Below, one piece after another: positions 1 through 13,584 of a stretch of 64,000 nt of DNA. The position numbers and the translations under genes were made by a program. The DNA lies in the NCBI GenBank assembly GCA_964016885.1, contig OZ024748.1:51708001-51772000 (forward strand). The letters run 5' to 3'. Numbering within the stretch: the first letter of the stretch is position 1; each line of letters begins with the position of its first letter. Under the pieces are notes generated by a model. That model had not been told where the DNA came from, made no database searches, and was given only the letters and a program-made list of their open reading frames with translations. Origin of the DNA: Eledone cirrhosa. Lineage: Eukaryota.

Positions 1-189
1 CATACAAATTTGTTATTGTCATTGGTTATTTAGTCCTAGGTCAGCACCGAGGGAGATCTTTGATTAAAAACTTTCTGGTGAAGTCTTCCACCCAGTAACT
101 GGAATAGTCTTTTAAATGGGCTTCCAGAACAATATTCCAATCTAGCTAATTTTTCTCACAAATCTCCCATTAGCCTGATGCTCTAATTA

Positions 190-620
190 GAGGCATATGG
201 CCTAGTGGTTAGGTTATTGGACTTGTAGTCATAATTGTTTCTACTTTAGGCACAAGGCCAGCAATAACCCAGTGCATTACTGGTACTTTATTTTATCGAC
301 CCCGTAAGGATGAAAGGCAAAGTTAACCTCGGCGGGATTTGAACTCAGATCGTAAAGGGACGTAACTATGCTGGACTTATAGTCATAATGTTCTGGGTTC
401 CATTCCTGAACTGGGTTGTGTGTTGTGGACTTGAGCAAAATATTTCATTTCACATTGCTCCAATATACTCAGCTGAATATGAGTACTAGCCATCGCTGGT
501 GGTTTAACTCTAAGATGGACTGGCATCCTGTCCAGGGGTGAGTCTTGTAATCATGCCATGAAACCGAGATAAGCATCGGCTTAACGAGACTTAAATGGTG
601 TAAGACAGACTTTAATTTGG
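190..620 (+). mobile_element. Degenerate tRNA-derived CORE-type SINE, interrupted by a younger SINE
   Basis: A-box-like TGGCCTAGTGGTTAG at ~198 and B-box-like GGGTTCCATTCC at ~395, followed by CORE-like TTGAGCAAAATATTTCATTTCACATTGCTCCA...CTCAGCTG. Confidence 0.65.
236..371 (-). mobile_element. SINE family A (tRNA head, GCCTTTCATCCTTACGGGGTCGATAAAATAAAGTACCAG central domain, AAT tail), 5'-truncated, nested
   Basis: Matches the copies at 14790 and 39864. Flanked by an 18-bp TSD TGGACTT(G/A)TAGTCATAAT at 218-235 and 372-389. Confidence 0.85.
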
Positions 621-1632
621 TTATGTGCTGCCTTGTGTGAATGGGTTAACACTGAGATGGACTGGCATCCTGTCCATGGGTGGCTCTTGTACTCTGAGTT
701 ACTTCACACCTCGGAAAACAGGATAACTGCAGGCCTGATGGGTATCTGGGTTCAAGATAGACATTAGACATTTTGGCTCTTGAAACAGAAACTACGGAGT
801 TGATAAACTAACTTCTTAACCACACAGCCATAACTGTGGCCATACGTGGTTAATGAAACAAGGGATATACAATATTATAATTAACAAGATGAAATTCATC
901 ACTATATATTTAAATAACTCTTCACTATAATGTAGGAAATGAGAAATAAATAGAATTATGTAAGTAGCACAACGTGAATATGTATGCACTGGCATTTACA
1001 ATCATACAAACTTATGCCATCAATCTGCATCATATAACACAAAAACGTACTTCTTTCATTTAGCACAAAAGCTGTATTACATGACTGTAATTCACACATA
1101 AACACACACACGGAAGTGTATTATATATATATATGTGTATATATATATATTTATATTTGTGTGTGTGTATTATATATATATGTATATACATAAATATATG
1201 TGTGTATATATATATATATATATAATATATTTTTCTGTAAATCTCTCCATAACCTAACATATGCACAACACTTCAAACCTTGAATTAATATGATAATTGC
1301 AAAGATGAAACACTTTATATGATCTTATATTTTGTTTCAATTTTCCTTACAAGTAAATTCATTCAATTTGTAACTTAATGCAATTTGATGTTTTTCACAC
1401 TGTAGTAAGAATAAAGGAGCAATTTTTAGGTCCATATTAGAAAATTAAAAACAAAAACAAAATACAAAAAATAAATATGAAATAATGATAAATATAATTT
1501 TTTTCCAAATATTAAATAACATAAAAAATATTAAAAAATATATTGTTTTGACTTTATTTCATTAATATATAATTTATTTATTTATTATCATTAAAATCAA
1601 CATTGTTACCAAAATTATCATCATCATCATTC

Positions 1633-1667
<35 letters not shown>

Positions 1668-2195
1668 ATTATCATCACTATCATCGCCATCATAATTTTG
1701 GAATTCTTTACATCATGAAATTCCTTATCATAATTTATTATTTATCATCATCATCATCATCTTTATCAATATCATCAGTATCATCATCACTGTCATCACT
1801 ATCAATAGTTACTGCTATTTTCATTGTGTTGTTATCCTTATTATATTATGTTATCATCCTTGTTACTATTGTTAAATATATATATATTTTCACTAAGTTA
1901 TTTATTTTTCGACAAACTAACTACACAAATACATAAAAATAGATAAATATAAAACACAACAACAAAGAAATCTAAATACACAGAGAGGAGAAAGATGATT
2001 TAATTTAAACTCCTCAAGTTGCATTTGTGTGAAAAATAATCCCCTTTGATAAGCAGAAATATTAAGTAATACAATAAAAGTATTACTGATATAATGCAAA
2101 TAAGACATTTATATGTATATGTCTAAGTTTTCTTTGTCTTATATATATATATATGTGTGTTTGTGTGTGTATATATATATATAGTTAAATTTATG

Positions 2196-2247
<52 letters not shown>

Positions 2248-2497
2248 TGTTTGTGTGTATATATATATATATAGTTAAATTTATGTATATATATATATAT
2301 GGGTGCATTTTTTTGCGTATATACAAATATGTGGGTAAATGTTATGTATGTATTTTATATATATATCTATGTGTACATATGTTTGTATGTCTGTGTGTCT
2401 AAAAGTGTGAGAGGGGGATAGGAAGGGATGAAGAGTAAATAGATAATGAAAATCAATAACAGATTTATACAACACTTTCCCATTTATGAATGCAATT

Positions 2498-2540
<43 letters not shown>

Positions 2541-2879
2541 TATACATACACACGTATATATCGTACATCCACCCATACATCCATCCATACTTACAAAATA
2601 CAAATTAAAAATAAACAAAATTATTATTAAACAAAAATAGGAGATAACAGCCATAATAATAATAATAATAACAATGTTAATAATAATATAATCATACTTA
2701 AGGTAAATGTAAAGTTATCTATAAACTTGTCTACAGATTAGAACTATTTTTTTTAAATAAAAAATACACAAAAATCTACTATACATTAATCAGTTGAGAA
2801 TTAAATAAGTTTATATATTCCCAAATAAATATATAATCAAATATATTAAAATGAACATAAAGTGCAATTAAATGGTTTT

Positions 2880-3790
2880 ACTGTCAGCAAGCATGCAACA
2901 TATTATGTAGAATTACTGATATGTTAAGTTTTCAGATCCTTCTTACAACATGACCACAAGTTCAAGCCTTAGTCATACCAACTAACAATTCAGCAAAGTA
3001 ACAGCCCTACCTGGAGCAACTCTCTGATCTCCAAGCTATTTTATAAATTTAATTGAAGATAGGCAAGTCCAAGAGAAGTATGGGAGGATCATAGTTAAAT
3101 TGCCCTTGATCATAGATTCTTGTCAGTATCTTGCTCTGTTAGAAACAACTAGAAAATGAATTTGAAATAAGACTCATCTTTTCTTTTTCTTCTTTGCCCA
3201 CTTATTTCTGAAAGGGTCTACAGATGTTGTTGTATATCAATCGGTCACTTCTGATGAAGTAAACCTACAAACAAAAGTTTCCCCATCATGACCAACCCAC
3301 ATTCATATATATATATATATATATATTACAATATTGTTCTTCTCCTACTTATTCCTGAGAGAGTCATGGGGCAGAGTCCTCAAACACTTTTTTCTGTGGG
3401 TCCTGCCAGAAACAACCATCTCCAATTGTTCTGGCTGGATTCCTGAGCAAGACCAACCAAGCTCATGGATGTTATCCAATCATCTTGCTTGTGGTCTATC
3501 CCTGAGCCTCCTGCTGGTTGTTTTTGCTTGTAAAATGTATCTAGCGATTCTTTCCTGTGAAATGTATCTAGCGATTCTAACCACATGCCCATAATGTGAG
3601 AGCTGTGATCTCAAAATTCTGAAACTTAACAGCTCTACCTGGAGCAACTCTCTCTTCTCCGAGGAGTTACTGGATAATGTCATTGAGGATAGGCAATGCC
3701 CAAGAGAAGTATGATGACCATGGCTAAAATGCACTCAATCAATGATTCTGGTCAGTCACAGCTGTGTTGAAGCTAATCAGCACTAGCCTT
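2880..3790 (-). pseudogene. Two degenerate RTE-clade LINE 3' fragments (~2880-3140 and ~3370-3790)
   Basis: Minus-strand translation ELLQVELLSFRILRSQLSHYGHVVRIA...QAKTTSRRLRDRPQAR resembles the RTE C-terminal 'QLRWYGHV.RM...GRRPRGRP' motif. CTACCTGGAGCAACTCTCT and the adjoining ~100 bp occur in both pieces. Confidence 0.6.
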
Positions 3791-3974
3791 GTTAATTAAT
3801 ACTATCACATAAGTTATGTGTGCATTTAGCCAAATTCACACTGTTGCAAAAATTCCAGAATGGTCTGAGTATAACTTCCTCTCCTCCAATAATCCTTCTC
3901 TGTAAAATGTTCCAGGATGCCAGCTTTCATTCCCCGACTTACCCATAAAAAATACTTGTGAAAACAGCAAGAAA

Positions 3975-4168
3975 ATAATTGCTTCTACTTTTGGCACAAG
4001 GCCAGCAATTACCCCAGTGTATTACTGGTATTTTATTTTATTGACCCCGTAAGGATGAAAGGCAAAATTAACCTCGGCGGGATTTGAACCCAGACCATAA
4101 AGGGCCGTAACTCATTGCTGCAAAGCATGGTGTCAGACCCTCTACTGATACTGCCAATCCACTGCCCC
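3975..4168 (-). mobile_element. SINE family A
   Basis: Near full-length reverse complement of the family A consensus. Confidence 0.85.
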
Positions 4169-4299
4169 AGCAAGAAAATAATGTTTCTCAAGATGGTACA
4201 TGCTGTGGCCAAAAGGAAGGAACAAGTTGTTGAAGACAAAGTTTGATGTAATGTGTCTCCTTGTTGGTATTCTTTGTGGTTAAAACATACAAGGAAGGA

Positions 4300-4491
4300 G
4301 TCATTATTCTATATTTACTATTGTATTTTCATGGTAAATACTTTATATAATATTGAAGCTATGAGATTTTGATATTTATTTTGAGAACAATACCTTATTG
4401 TTGATATGAGTGACCAGTTAGAGTTGGTTTGAACAGAAAGAGGTGTGACAATGCCGGCTGGATACAGCCGGTTTAAATGTTAAAGGGTTAA
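4300..4491. mobile_element. piggyBac-type MITE (TTAA target), one end intact
   Basis: Ends in GGTTTAAATGTTAAAGGG-TTAA. Body matches the copies at 44208, 55559 and 60667. Confidence 0.65.
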
Positions 4492-4550
4492 GATAGTTGA
4501 ACTATTCAGTCACATAGAAACTAGAAATTGAAACAGATTACCTGAAATGC

Positions 4551-5161
4551 TTAACTCTTTATACCAATCTGGCTCTGGTTCTATGAAATAAAACTGCACA
4601 TTCTAAAATATTCCTATTTAAAATTAAAACATATTAACATAATTTTATCGATCGAATGATTTTTTTCAATCGACAAGATCCCAGACCTCCACTTATTGAG
4701 TGGGGTGGAATTAGTCAAATTGGGCCAAGGAAATAATGTTTCCATTGGTCTTTCCATTGCTAATACTATCTACCAGTCACAATTCCTGGCACAGTTATAA
4801 TTTTATATAAGAACCTTAAGTTAAGTTACTATCTTAGTAATGAAATGATTAATAATTTTAGTAAATTCTTCAATTTTCTTTTGATTAATTGAACTGGAGT
4901 GTATTTAATTAGAAATAAAATCACAAAAAAGTTTTCATTGTTATATTCCTGATAAGGTATACTACTTATCTTTTCAAATGAATTTTAAAAATAAAGATTG
5001 GAGGAAGTTACTAAAATATAATTTTGTTATTAGTTAAGCTGTTGTTTAGAACATAACAAAATATGGGTAGTTTTAAATTGAATAATAAACCTTTCAAAAT
5101 GAACATATTCATGCCATAGAACTAAAGGTTACTTTGGGCAGGTTGCTATCAAAAGGGTTAA
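4551..5161. mobile_element. Second TTAA-flanked non-autonomous DNA element
   Basis: Termini TTAA-CTCTTTATACCAA ... TTGCTATCAAAAGGG-TTAA. Related pieces at ~8322-8560, ~55313-55466 and ~60600-60670. Confidence 0.5.
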
Positions 5162-5309
5162 TTAAATCTACATTAACTCACAGTGGAAAGCAGCAACTGA
5201 ACAAAGCACTTTCAAATGTTCAATGTAATGCTTCATCGCCTGATCTATTTCAATTACTGACATTTTCTTTAGTTTGTTTATAGTTTTAATAATAGCATTT
5301 ATAGAATTT

Positions 5310-7860
5310 ATGTTATAGGAGTATGGAGATCACAAATATTTAATAGTTGTAATGTATATTATATAGGAGAAGTTAGAAGTTCATACATGTTCAGTAACAA
5401 TTATGTAATGCAAGTTATATAGAGGTTAGAAATTCCCACATGTTCAGTAACAATTATGTAATGTATGTCTTATAGAGGTTAGAAATTCCCACATGTTCAG
5501 TAACAATTATGTAATGTATGTCTTATAGAAGTTAGAAATTCACACATGTTCAGTAATAATTATGCAATCTGTGTTATATAGAAGCTAGAAATTCATACAT
5601 GTTCAGTAACAATTATGTAATGTGTATTATATAGAAGTTAGAAATTAATACATGTTCAGTAACAATTATGTAATGTGTGTTATATAGAAGTTAGAAATTA
5701 ATACATGTTCAGTAATAATTATGTAATGTATGTTATATACAGATTAGAAATTCATACATATTCAGTAACAATTATGTAATGTATGTTATATAGAGGTTAG
5801 GAATTCCCACATGTTCAGTAACAATTATGTAATGTGTGTTATATAGAAGTTAGAAATGCCCACATGTTCAGTAATAATTATGTAATGTATGTAAATGAAG
5901 CATATAAACAATATGCCCCCCACCACCACCGCAAGGTGGTCGTGGAGGTGCCACGGCAAAAAAGCACCCAGCCCACACTGTAAAGTGGACGTGTAGGCGC
6001 CACGAAAAAGCACCCAGCACTCACTGTAAATGAGGTTGGTGTTAGGAAGGGCATCCAGCTGTAGAAATCAAGCCAGATCAGTTCCTGTATGAGCAAGGCA
6101 TGGTCAGCCGACCAGACACTGCCCACAACAGGACAACCCGTCTAACCCATGCTAGCGTGGAAGAACGGACGTAAAACGGTGATGATGATGTTATATAGAA
6201 GTTAAAAATTCATACATGTGTAGTAACAATTATATAATGTGTGTTATATAGGAAAAGTTAGAAATTCCCACATGTTTAGTAACACTTATGTAATGCATGT
6301 TATAACAGTACTGAGAATTTCACAATACCATTTTAATAGTAGTAGTGAGTAGTTCACAAATATTTAACAGTGGTTGTCTATATTATATAGGAGATGTTAG
6401 AAATTCACAAATTTTTAGGAAGAGTTATGTTATGTAGTGGTAAGACATTTTAAGGAGAGCTGGACAGCAGAAGGTTTTCACGCAAGTGTTTCTTCCCTTA
6501 ACTTCTGTCTCTAAGGAAGCCAAGTTGCCATCCATATCATGACTTCAAGGTGCCCTACTGTTGACATTTGGCCAATGGGATATCGAGCAGTTGTTATACA
6601 TTTAAACCCTGAGAAGATTAGTTGACAAGATCTAGCTGGAAGTTTTCTCAATTACCTCTGTGTTCTTGGTTATAGAACTGAGAAATTCACAAATATTCAC
6701 AAACATTTAATAGTAGTGGTTAGTAATTCACAAATGTTAAATAGTGGTTATGTAAAGTATTTTATAGGAGTAGTGAGAAAATCACAAAATGTCAGTAACA
6801 GTGATATAATATACTCGTATGTCATAGATGTACTGAGAAACTCAGAAATGTTTCTGTAACAGTTATGCAGTATATGTTGTAAGAGTGTTGAAAGACTACT
6901 CACAAATATTCAATTATAGTTATGTAATGTGTGTTATTGGAGTAGTTAGAAACTCACAAAATTTCAGTAACAATTTTCTAATGTCTGTTACAGTAATATG
7001 GAAGTCACATCTTTTCAGTACCATTTATGGGATGTATGCCATAAGGGGAATGAAAATTTCATAAACTTTTAGTAATTATTATCTAATATATGCTATAGAA
7101 GTACTGAGATCATATTTATGTAATGTATGTTATAGGAATACTGAGAAATTCACAAATATTCAATAACTATTATGTAATATATGCTATAGATGTACTAAGA
7201 TCACATTTATGTAATGTATGTTATAGGGATACAATGAACTTTACAAATGTTCAGTAACCAATATGTAGAGTATATTATAAATGAACTAAGATCACATTTA
7301 TGTAATGTAAGATATAGGGACTCTATCTGTAACCAATATGTAGTATATTATAGATGTAGATCACATTTATGTAATGTAAGTTATAGGGACTCTATCTGTA
7401 ACCAATATGTAGTATATTATAGATGTAGATCACATTTATGTAATGTAAGTTATAGGGACTCTATCTGTAACCAATATGTAGTATATTATAGATGTAGATC
7501 ACATTTATGTAATGTAAGTTATAGGGACTCTATCTGTAACCAATATGTAGTATATTATAGATGTAGATCACATTTATGTAATGTAAGTTATAGGGACTCT
7601 ATCTGTAACCAATATGTAGTATATTATAGATGTAGATCACATTTATGTAATGTAAGTTATAGGGACTCTATCTGTAACCAATATGTAGTATATTATAGAT
7701 GTAGATCACATTTATGTAATGTATGTTATAGGGAAACTGAGAAATTCACAAATGTTTAGTATCCAGTATGTAATATATATTATACTGAGATTGGAAATGT
7801 TCAGTAACTGTTATATAATGTTTGTTATAAAGTAGTTAGAAACTCACAACATTTCAGCAA
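5310..7860. repeat. Degenerate satellite with a homogeneous 53-bp core (5370-5890) and a homogeneous 69-bp derivative (7289-7733)
   Basis: AATTC(C/A) recurs at 5431, 5484 and 5537 (53-bp period). CTCTATCTGT recurs at 7321, 7390 and onward (69-bp period, ~6 copies). Both share the TTATGTAATGT..TTATAG motif. Confidence 0.9.
5912..6191 (+). mobile_element. 3' part of a SINE family B / RTE-tail element inserted into the satellite
   Basis: GTTAGGAAGGGCATCCAGCTGTAGAAA...CCCATGCTAGCGTGGAAG..CGGACGTAAAACG followed by a (GAT)n tail. Confidence 0.8.
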
Positions 7861-9039
7861 CTTTTAAGTAATCTATTTTACAGAAATAGTCAAAACCTCA
7901 TAAATTAGAAGCAGCTCACATCAATCATTTAAAAGTAACACAGCAAGACTTTCTTACAAAAAATAAAATACATCAATGTCACCAGTCTGGGAGAAAAGAT
8001 GAGGTGGGGAAAGGGCTGCAGAATACTTTCTATCTCTCAGTTGTAAAGAACAGATGTTAGCTTAAAACTAGAAGTAATGGCTCAAGGAAATTCACCAAAC
8101 ATAGAAGCCTTCTCTATTGCTAACCATTAGATACTATTAGTAGAAATAGTAGCTTTAGGAGTTTCTGTGTAAATTAAATAAATATCTTTAATAGCCATGA
8201 GTATGTTTTTTCTTGCAGATATTGGCCTGCAAATGTTAGAATTGAATACCCCATATATCAATTTGACTACTCTGGAAATGATTACAGGCATCATAGGTCC
8301 TGCCCCTCCAGTTTTTACTATTTAACTCTTTCATTACCATATTTCTAATGATATTTACTGTTAGCATTAATTGATTAAGAATTTTGTGAGTTTTATTAAA
8401 ATTATCAATGACAACATTATTACAATAGTATTTATAACGTAAAGTGTTTTTATATCAAATTATGTTGGACATTTTTTTTATTTAAACAGGATCATTTTAG
8501 AATAGTTGGTTTTGTTTCATTGAATCAGAGCCAGTTTTGGGTAGGCTAGTATCCAACAGGATAAAGGATGTTAAAATAAAGAAAAACAAGGAAATAGTGT
8601 ATAATACATTTGAAGGCTTTGAATGGCCAGTGTATGTGGTTTGAGCATTGTACTGTTTTATGTGTACTACTTCCTTTATTTATCCTTATTTTGGGTTGAA
8701 TTATATAGAGTATAAGTATGTTTTCTACTAACGTTTTCTATCTAGTTTCATTTTATATTGTGCAGTTTAGTGCATTTACTGCATGGTGGTTCACAAGAAC
8801 ACCATTGTATTTAAATCACCAATATAACAGTTGGTGTCATGATGTTTACAACTTTTATATTTACAATTGAACTCATAAAACACATTGATCACTTATAGAT
8901 TGTTTACAGATTTGTTTTGCTTTTGCTCTGTGATTTTTAGTATTTTTGCACTACATATTTTATAGTTTCAGGTCATGAATATTGTGTTAGGTTTCATGAA
9001 ATTTATGATAATGTGTCTATCTAGTCTTTAGTTAGTATC

Positions 9040-9330
9040 CAGATTGAATGATGCTTGTGAAAGAAGCACAATTTGGCATGGTAGAAAGATTTGGGCCTTG
9101 AATATAGAGGAATTTTGATTACCGAAATGGAATGAGGCAAGCAAGCTTTACTGAATGCCTAATGTTAGTGTGTAAGAACTATAGAACAGAAATGAATTGA
9201 AAAAACAATTGAATATAAGAGGAATCAGATGTAGAGTACAGGAGAGAAGACTATATTGGTATGGAATTGTGATGCCTATGCAAGGTTCCAGTTATATAAA
9301 AAACACTCCAAATGAATAGAAACCGTGAAC
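9040..9330 (+). pseudogene. Highly degenerate RTE LINE 3' coding fragment
   Basis: AAGAGGAATCAGATGTAGAGTACAGGAGAGAAGACTATATTGGTATGGA aligns by eye to 18798-18850 (RGI.C...ERRL.WYG). Confidence 0.55.
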
Positions 9331-9532
9331 GAAGAACATAGTAGATGCAACAAATTCTTGTAGAGGCTGAAACTTGTGAAGGGGCTGTGATTGTGGCAAA
9401 GCTCAAACATTGAGGAATGAAAAACGAATGTGAAATTATCATGGTCATAATGGAGATTGATATGCATAATATTTAGGATTGGGGTTCCCTTGAGCATTGC
9501 GATCTTCCTCAGCATTGGGTTTAAGTCATTAA

Positions 9533-9715
9533 ATAATTGTTTCTACTTTTGGCACAATGGCAGCAATTACCCCAGTGCATTACTGGTACTTTATTTTATT
9601 GACCCCGTAAGGATGAAAGGTAAAGTTAACCTCAGCAGGATTTGAACTCCGAACATAAAATACCATAACTATATGGTGACTGACACTCTACCAATACTGC
9701 CAATCCACTGCTGCC
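9533..9715 (-). mobile_element. SINE family A
   Basis: Reverse complement of the family A consensus. Confidence 0.8.
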
Positions 9716-10000
9716 AGTCTAACTGAAAACATTTGATTTGTATTGTTTTTTTATTTTATATTTTATTTTTATATTTCTTCACTTTTTTTTGTTCATTTTT
9801 ATATGTTTTTAAATCTCTTCCCATATTTCGTTTTCAAGTTTTATTACAAAATCAATTTTCGTGATTCAGTTGAATATTGTTTACATGTAATAAGATGTAA
9901 TAAAAACAACAACAACAATAGAGAATAATACATGCAACTAAATTTACGGAAGTCAAACAGTGATGGTCTGTACAAGTAACTTTACATGAAAACCACACAG

Positions 10001-10670
10001 AGTACACTTGGTAAAGTGGTTGGTGATAAGAAGGGCATCCAGCTATAGAAAGTCTGCCAAACAATGAGTTTGGAGGATCCTGTTTTTGACATGACAACCT
10101 CCCTAGTGCTGGTGCCATGATAAAATGCACCTAGTACACTCTGTAAAGTGGTTGTTGATAGGAAGGGCATCCAGCTATAGAAAGTCTGCCAAACAATGAG
10201 TTTGGAGGATCCTGTTTTTGACATGACAACCTCCCTAGTGCTGATGCCATGATAAAATGCACCTAGTACGCTTTGTAAAGTGGCTGTTGATAGGAAGGGC
10301 ATCCAGCTATAGAAAGCTTTCCAAAGAATGGGTAGGGAGGACCCTTTAGTTATGTCAAGGACATAGCAATTTCCTTAGTGCTAGTGCTATGAACAATGCA
10401 CATAGTACATATGGTAAAGTGGTTGGTTTATGGAAAGGTTATCCAGCCATAGAAAGCACGTAAAACAAAGGGCTGGGAGTATCCTTCTGTAGTGGCAAAG
10501 ACATGACAACCTTTCTAGTGTTGGTGCCATGATAAAAAGCACAATATACACACTGTAAAGTGGTTGTGATAGAAAGAACATCATTGTAGAAAAGTCAGAG
10601 TATGACATGTTCCCTGACACAAACAATCCAGGCCAGCATGGAAAAGCATAGATAAGAAGATGATGATGAT
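10001..10670 (+). repeat. Tandem array (~132-140 bp, ~5 units) derived from the RTE/SINE 3' tail
   Basis: AGTAC.CT.TGTAAAGTGG..G.TGATAGGAAGGGCATCCAGCTATAGAAAG repeats at ~10001, 10134, 10265, 10403 and 10545. Ends in (GAT)n at ~10660. Confidence 0.8.
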
Positions 10671-11489
10671 GAACTGTGACTAGTGTAAGTGTGTATCTTT
10701 TGGGTGTGTGATGTGTTTAGTGTGTGTATGTGTGTGCTGTGACTAAAGTGCATTAGTGTGTATGTGTATGTGTGTGTAAGCAGGCAGGTCTGTATGTTGA
10801 TGGTGTATTATGTACTATTGGCTTCAAGTTAAGTTGGCTTCAAATTAACTTTCTTAACAGAATGACAGTAAAACATGATGTAAAGATATACAAAAGAAAA
10901 AGCAACAGAGAAATGAAGAGAGGAGTGAGAAGGAAGGAGGAGGAGTGAGAAGGAAGGAGAAGAAGAAAGAAAGAAAAAAAACAAGGAAGTGTAAGAAATT
11001 AACTTAAATACAACTAGAAATATATTAAAAAGAGGATATCATTCATGTCTTCTGTGTGTAGGGGAGTGGGGAAAGGGGCTTAGGATCATTTGGATACACA
11101 CATATACTCACTAAAGTATATATATGCAATGGGTATGTATGTATATATAAATATATATATATACACCGAGGTATATATATGCAACATTTATGTGCGTATT
11201 GGTATATATATATTTATACTATACATATATATACATATGTAGAAACTTTGATCTAATCCAACAGTTTTGCTTGCTTAAAGCATAAACAAGATAATATATA
11301 AAATATATAGACTTAAACACTTACACAAACACACATACACATGTATATACATATATATATATCATCATCATCATCATCATCGTTTTAACGTCCATCTTCC
11401 ACGCTAGCATGGGTTAGACGGTTTTGTTCCATTTGATGTGAGAATGGTTGGGAGACCATGTCTCGCTCACTCAGAAGTGTCTCTGGCAG

Positions 11490-11529
<40 letters not shown>

Positions 11530-11875
11530 AAATTAAGATAAATCAAATGAATTTAATCTAAATCAAAATTATGGGTGTTATGCCATGTGGTGCTGGCCAG
11601 TCGCTGATTTGAACTTGAAGTGTAAACACGGATCGCTGGAACTTCTTCCTTGTTGAAAATCCAAGTCTCCACTTCCGTGGTTTACCATCCGATTAATTGG
11701 TGAAATATATTTCTTTAATGGAATATATACAAGGAAGATTAATCATATTATAAGGTATCTATTTTTGAAGTTCTGGTCAACTTTATTTAGTTACCTACCT
11801 AGCTATGTGTGGTTACACACTTGTAAAAATGATCTCCTGTGATTATTCATGTTTATATGTTAATCAATTTCTAGT

Positions 11876-11906
<31 letters not shown>

Positions 11907-12269
11907 CAAAATATACATTGTTATATTCAATCATGAAAGGTTTATTATTTTATTATAGTCTTCTATAAATAAACTGTCTTTTATTCCTGGTTTAACTAGT
12001 GAAACATATGTAAATTAATTAAATGTTTTAATAATTCCTTGACTTGTTATTTGGTTTATATATATCCTGTGCACAATTATAAGACTGTTCCAATTGAAAT
12101 TTAAGTATTGGTTTATACCTTGGACAATTTATTTTCCTTCATATTTTGTACTATAAAGTCATACTAAGCTTTACATTTTCTTGGCCATATATACTGTTAT
12201 ATTCTCAACTTATTCAAACTCATACACACACACACACATATGTGAGTGTGTGTGTGTATATATATATAT

Positions 12270-12659
12270 GTGGAGGCACATGGCTTAGTGGTTAGAGCAT
12301 TGGCCTTGCAATCGAAAGGTTGTGAGTTCAATTCTCAGACCGGGTGATGTGTTGTTTCCTTGAGCAAGACACTTTATTTCACATTGCTCCAGTTTACTCA
12401 GCTGTAGAAATGAGATGATAGGGACTGGGTTCCCTATCATTCCACTGCAAAGTGGTCGTGGAGGTGCCATGGCAAAAAAAGCACCCAGCACTCACTGTAA
12501 AGTGGACGTGTAGGCGCCACGGCAAAAAAGCATCCAGCACTCACTGTAAATGAGGTTGGTGTTAGGAAGGGCATCCAGCTGTAGAAATCAAGCCAGAATC
12601 AGTTCCTGTCCCACCCTTGCAAGCAGGGAAAAGCAGACGTAAAATGAAATGATGATGAT
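12270..12659 (+). mobile_element. SINE family B: tRNA head + CORE-like domain + internal ~54-bp repeats + RTE-derived tail
   Basis: A box TGGCTTAGTGG, B box GAGTTCAATTC, CORE-like CCTTGAGCAAGACACTTTATTTCAC and a (GAT)n tail. Flanked by (TA)n. Near-identical copies at 26862 and 38980. Confidence 0.9.
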
Positions 12660-12696
12660 ATATATATATATAGTCATTTCACGGCAAATGTTTATA

Positions 12697-12890
12697 ATAA
12701 TTGTTTCTACTTTTGACACAAGGCCAGCAATTACCCCACTACATTACTGGTATTTTATTTTATCGACCCCGTAAGGATGAAAGGCAAAGTTAATCTTGGC
12801 AGGATTTGAACTCGGACTATAAAAGGGCGTAACTCTATGCTACAAAACATGGTGTCTGACTCTCTACCGATACTGCCAATCCACCATAAT
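12697..12890 (-). mobile_element. SINE family A
   Basis: Reverse complement of the consensus, with AAT-rich flanks. Confidence 0.85.
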
Positions 12891-13134
12891 AATAATTGAA
12901 AACTATAAATAATTGTTTCTACTTTTGGCACAAGGCCATAAATAATATTCGTAGTTGAGTAGATCTGATAAAATACCCCAATAAAAAGTGGACAGAGAGT
13001 TTCAGTTCCTTGCATTTACTTCAGTCCACATTTTTCCTTTACACAGGATGCATTACTTGATTTTATCAACTATTTATAGTGATCAACTATTGTTATAATC
13101 ATTTACATTAGGGTAACTAAATTTACCTATGCTT

Positions 13135-13176
<42 letters not shown>

Positions 13177-13584
13177 TAATAAATGTGAAGGTATATATAT
13201 ACTTACACATATGGTAATAACAAAATCTGTCTTTTTCCTTACGATATAAAGAAAGCATTTATATTTGATGTCAGTTCTAAGTTCAGTAAAAATCTTTATC
13301 TTTTTTTTTGGTTTGTATCATCAAAGAATTTTCATAAACTGCCTTGTACCATATTATCATTTTCTTGCTGATTATTATCATTATTGCTATTACTAAGGAG
13401 TTGAATGAGAGAATTGGTTGAGCACTGGTCAAGATGCCTTGTGGTGTTTAGTTACATCGTTTCAAATCCCCTCAGGAACAATTTCTGCCTTTCATCTTTT
13501 CAACAAAATCAACAGAATGCCAGCACAAGACAAGTCCAGATGATTTCATCATTTATGTTCTTATGGCCTTTTGACAATGTTTGA

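Noticed and set aside
7247-7759. 170-aa Cys/His repeat ORF resembling zinc fingers
   Set aside because: Product of a 69-bp satellite derived from the surrounding non-coding array; the spacing does not fit C2H2.
12270-12345. tRNA gene
   Set aside because: A and B boxes are present but run into the CORE domain and LINE tail with no acceptor stem; this is a SINE head, not a tRNA.
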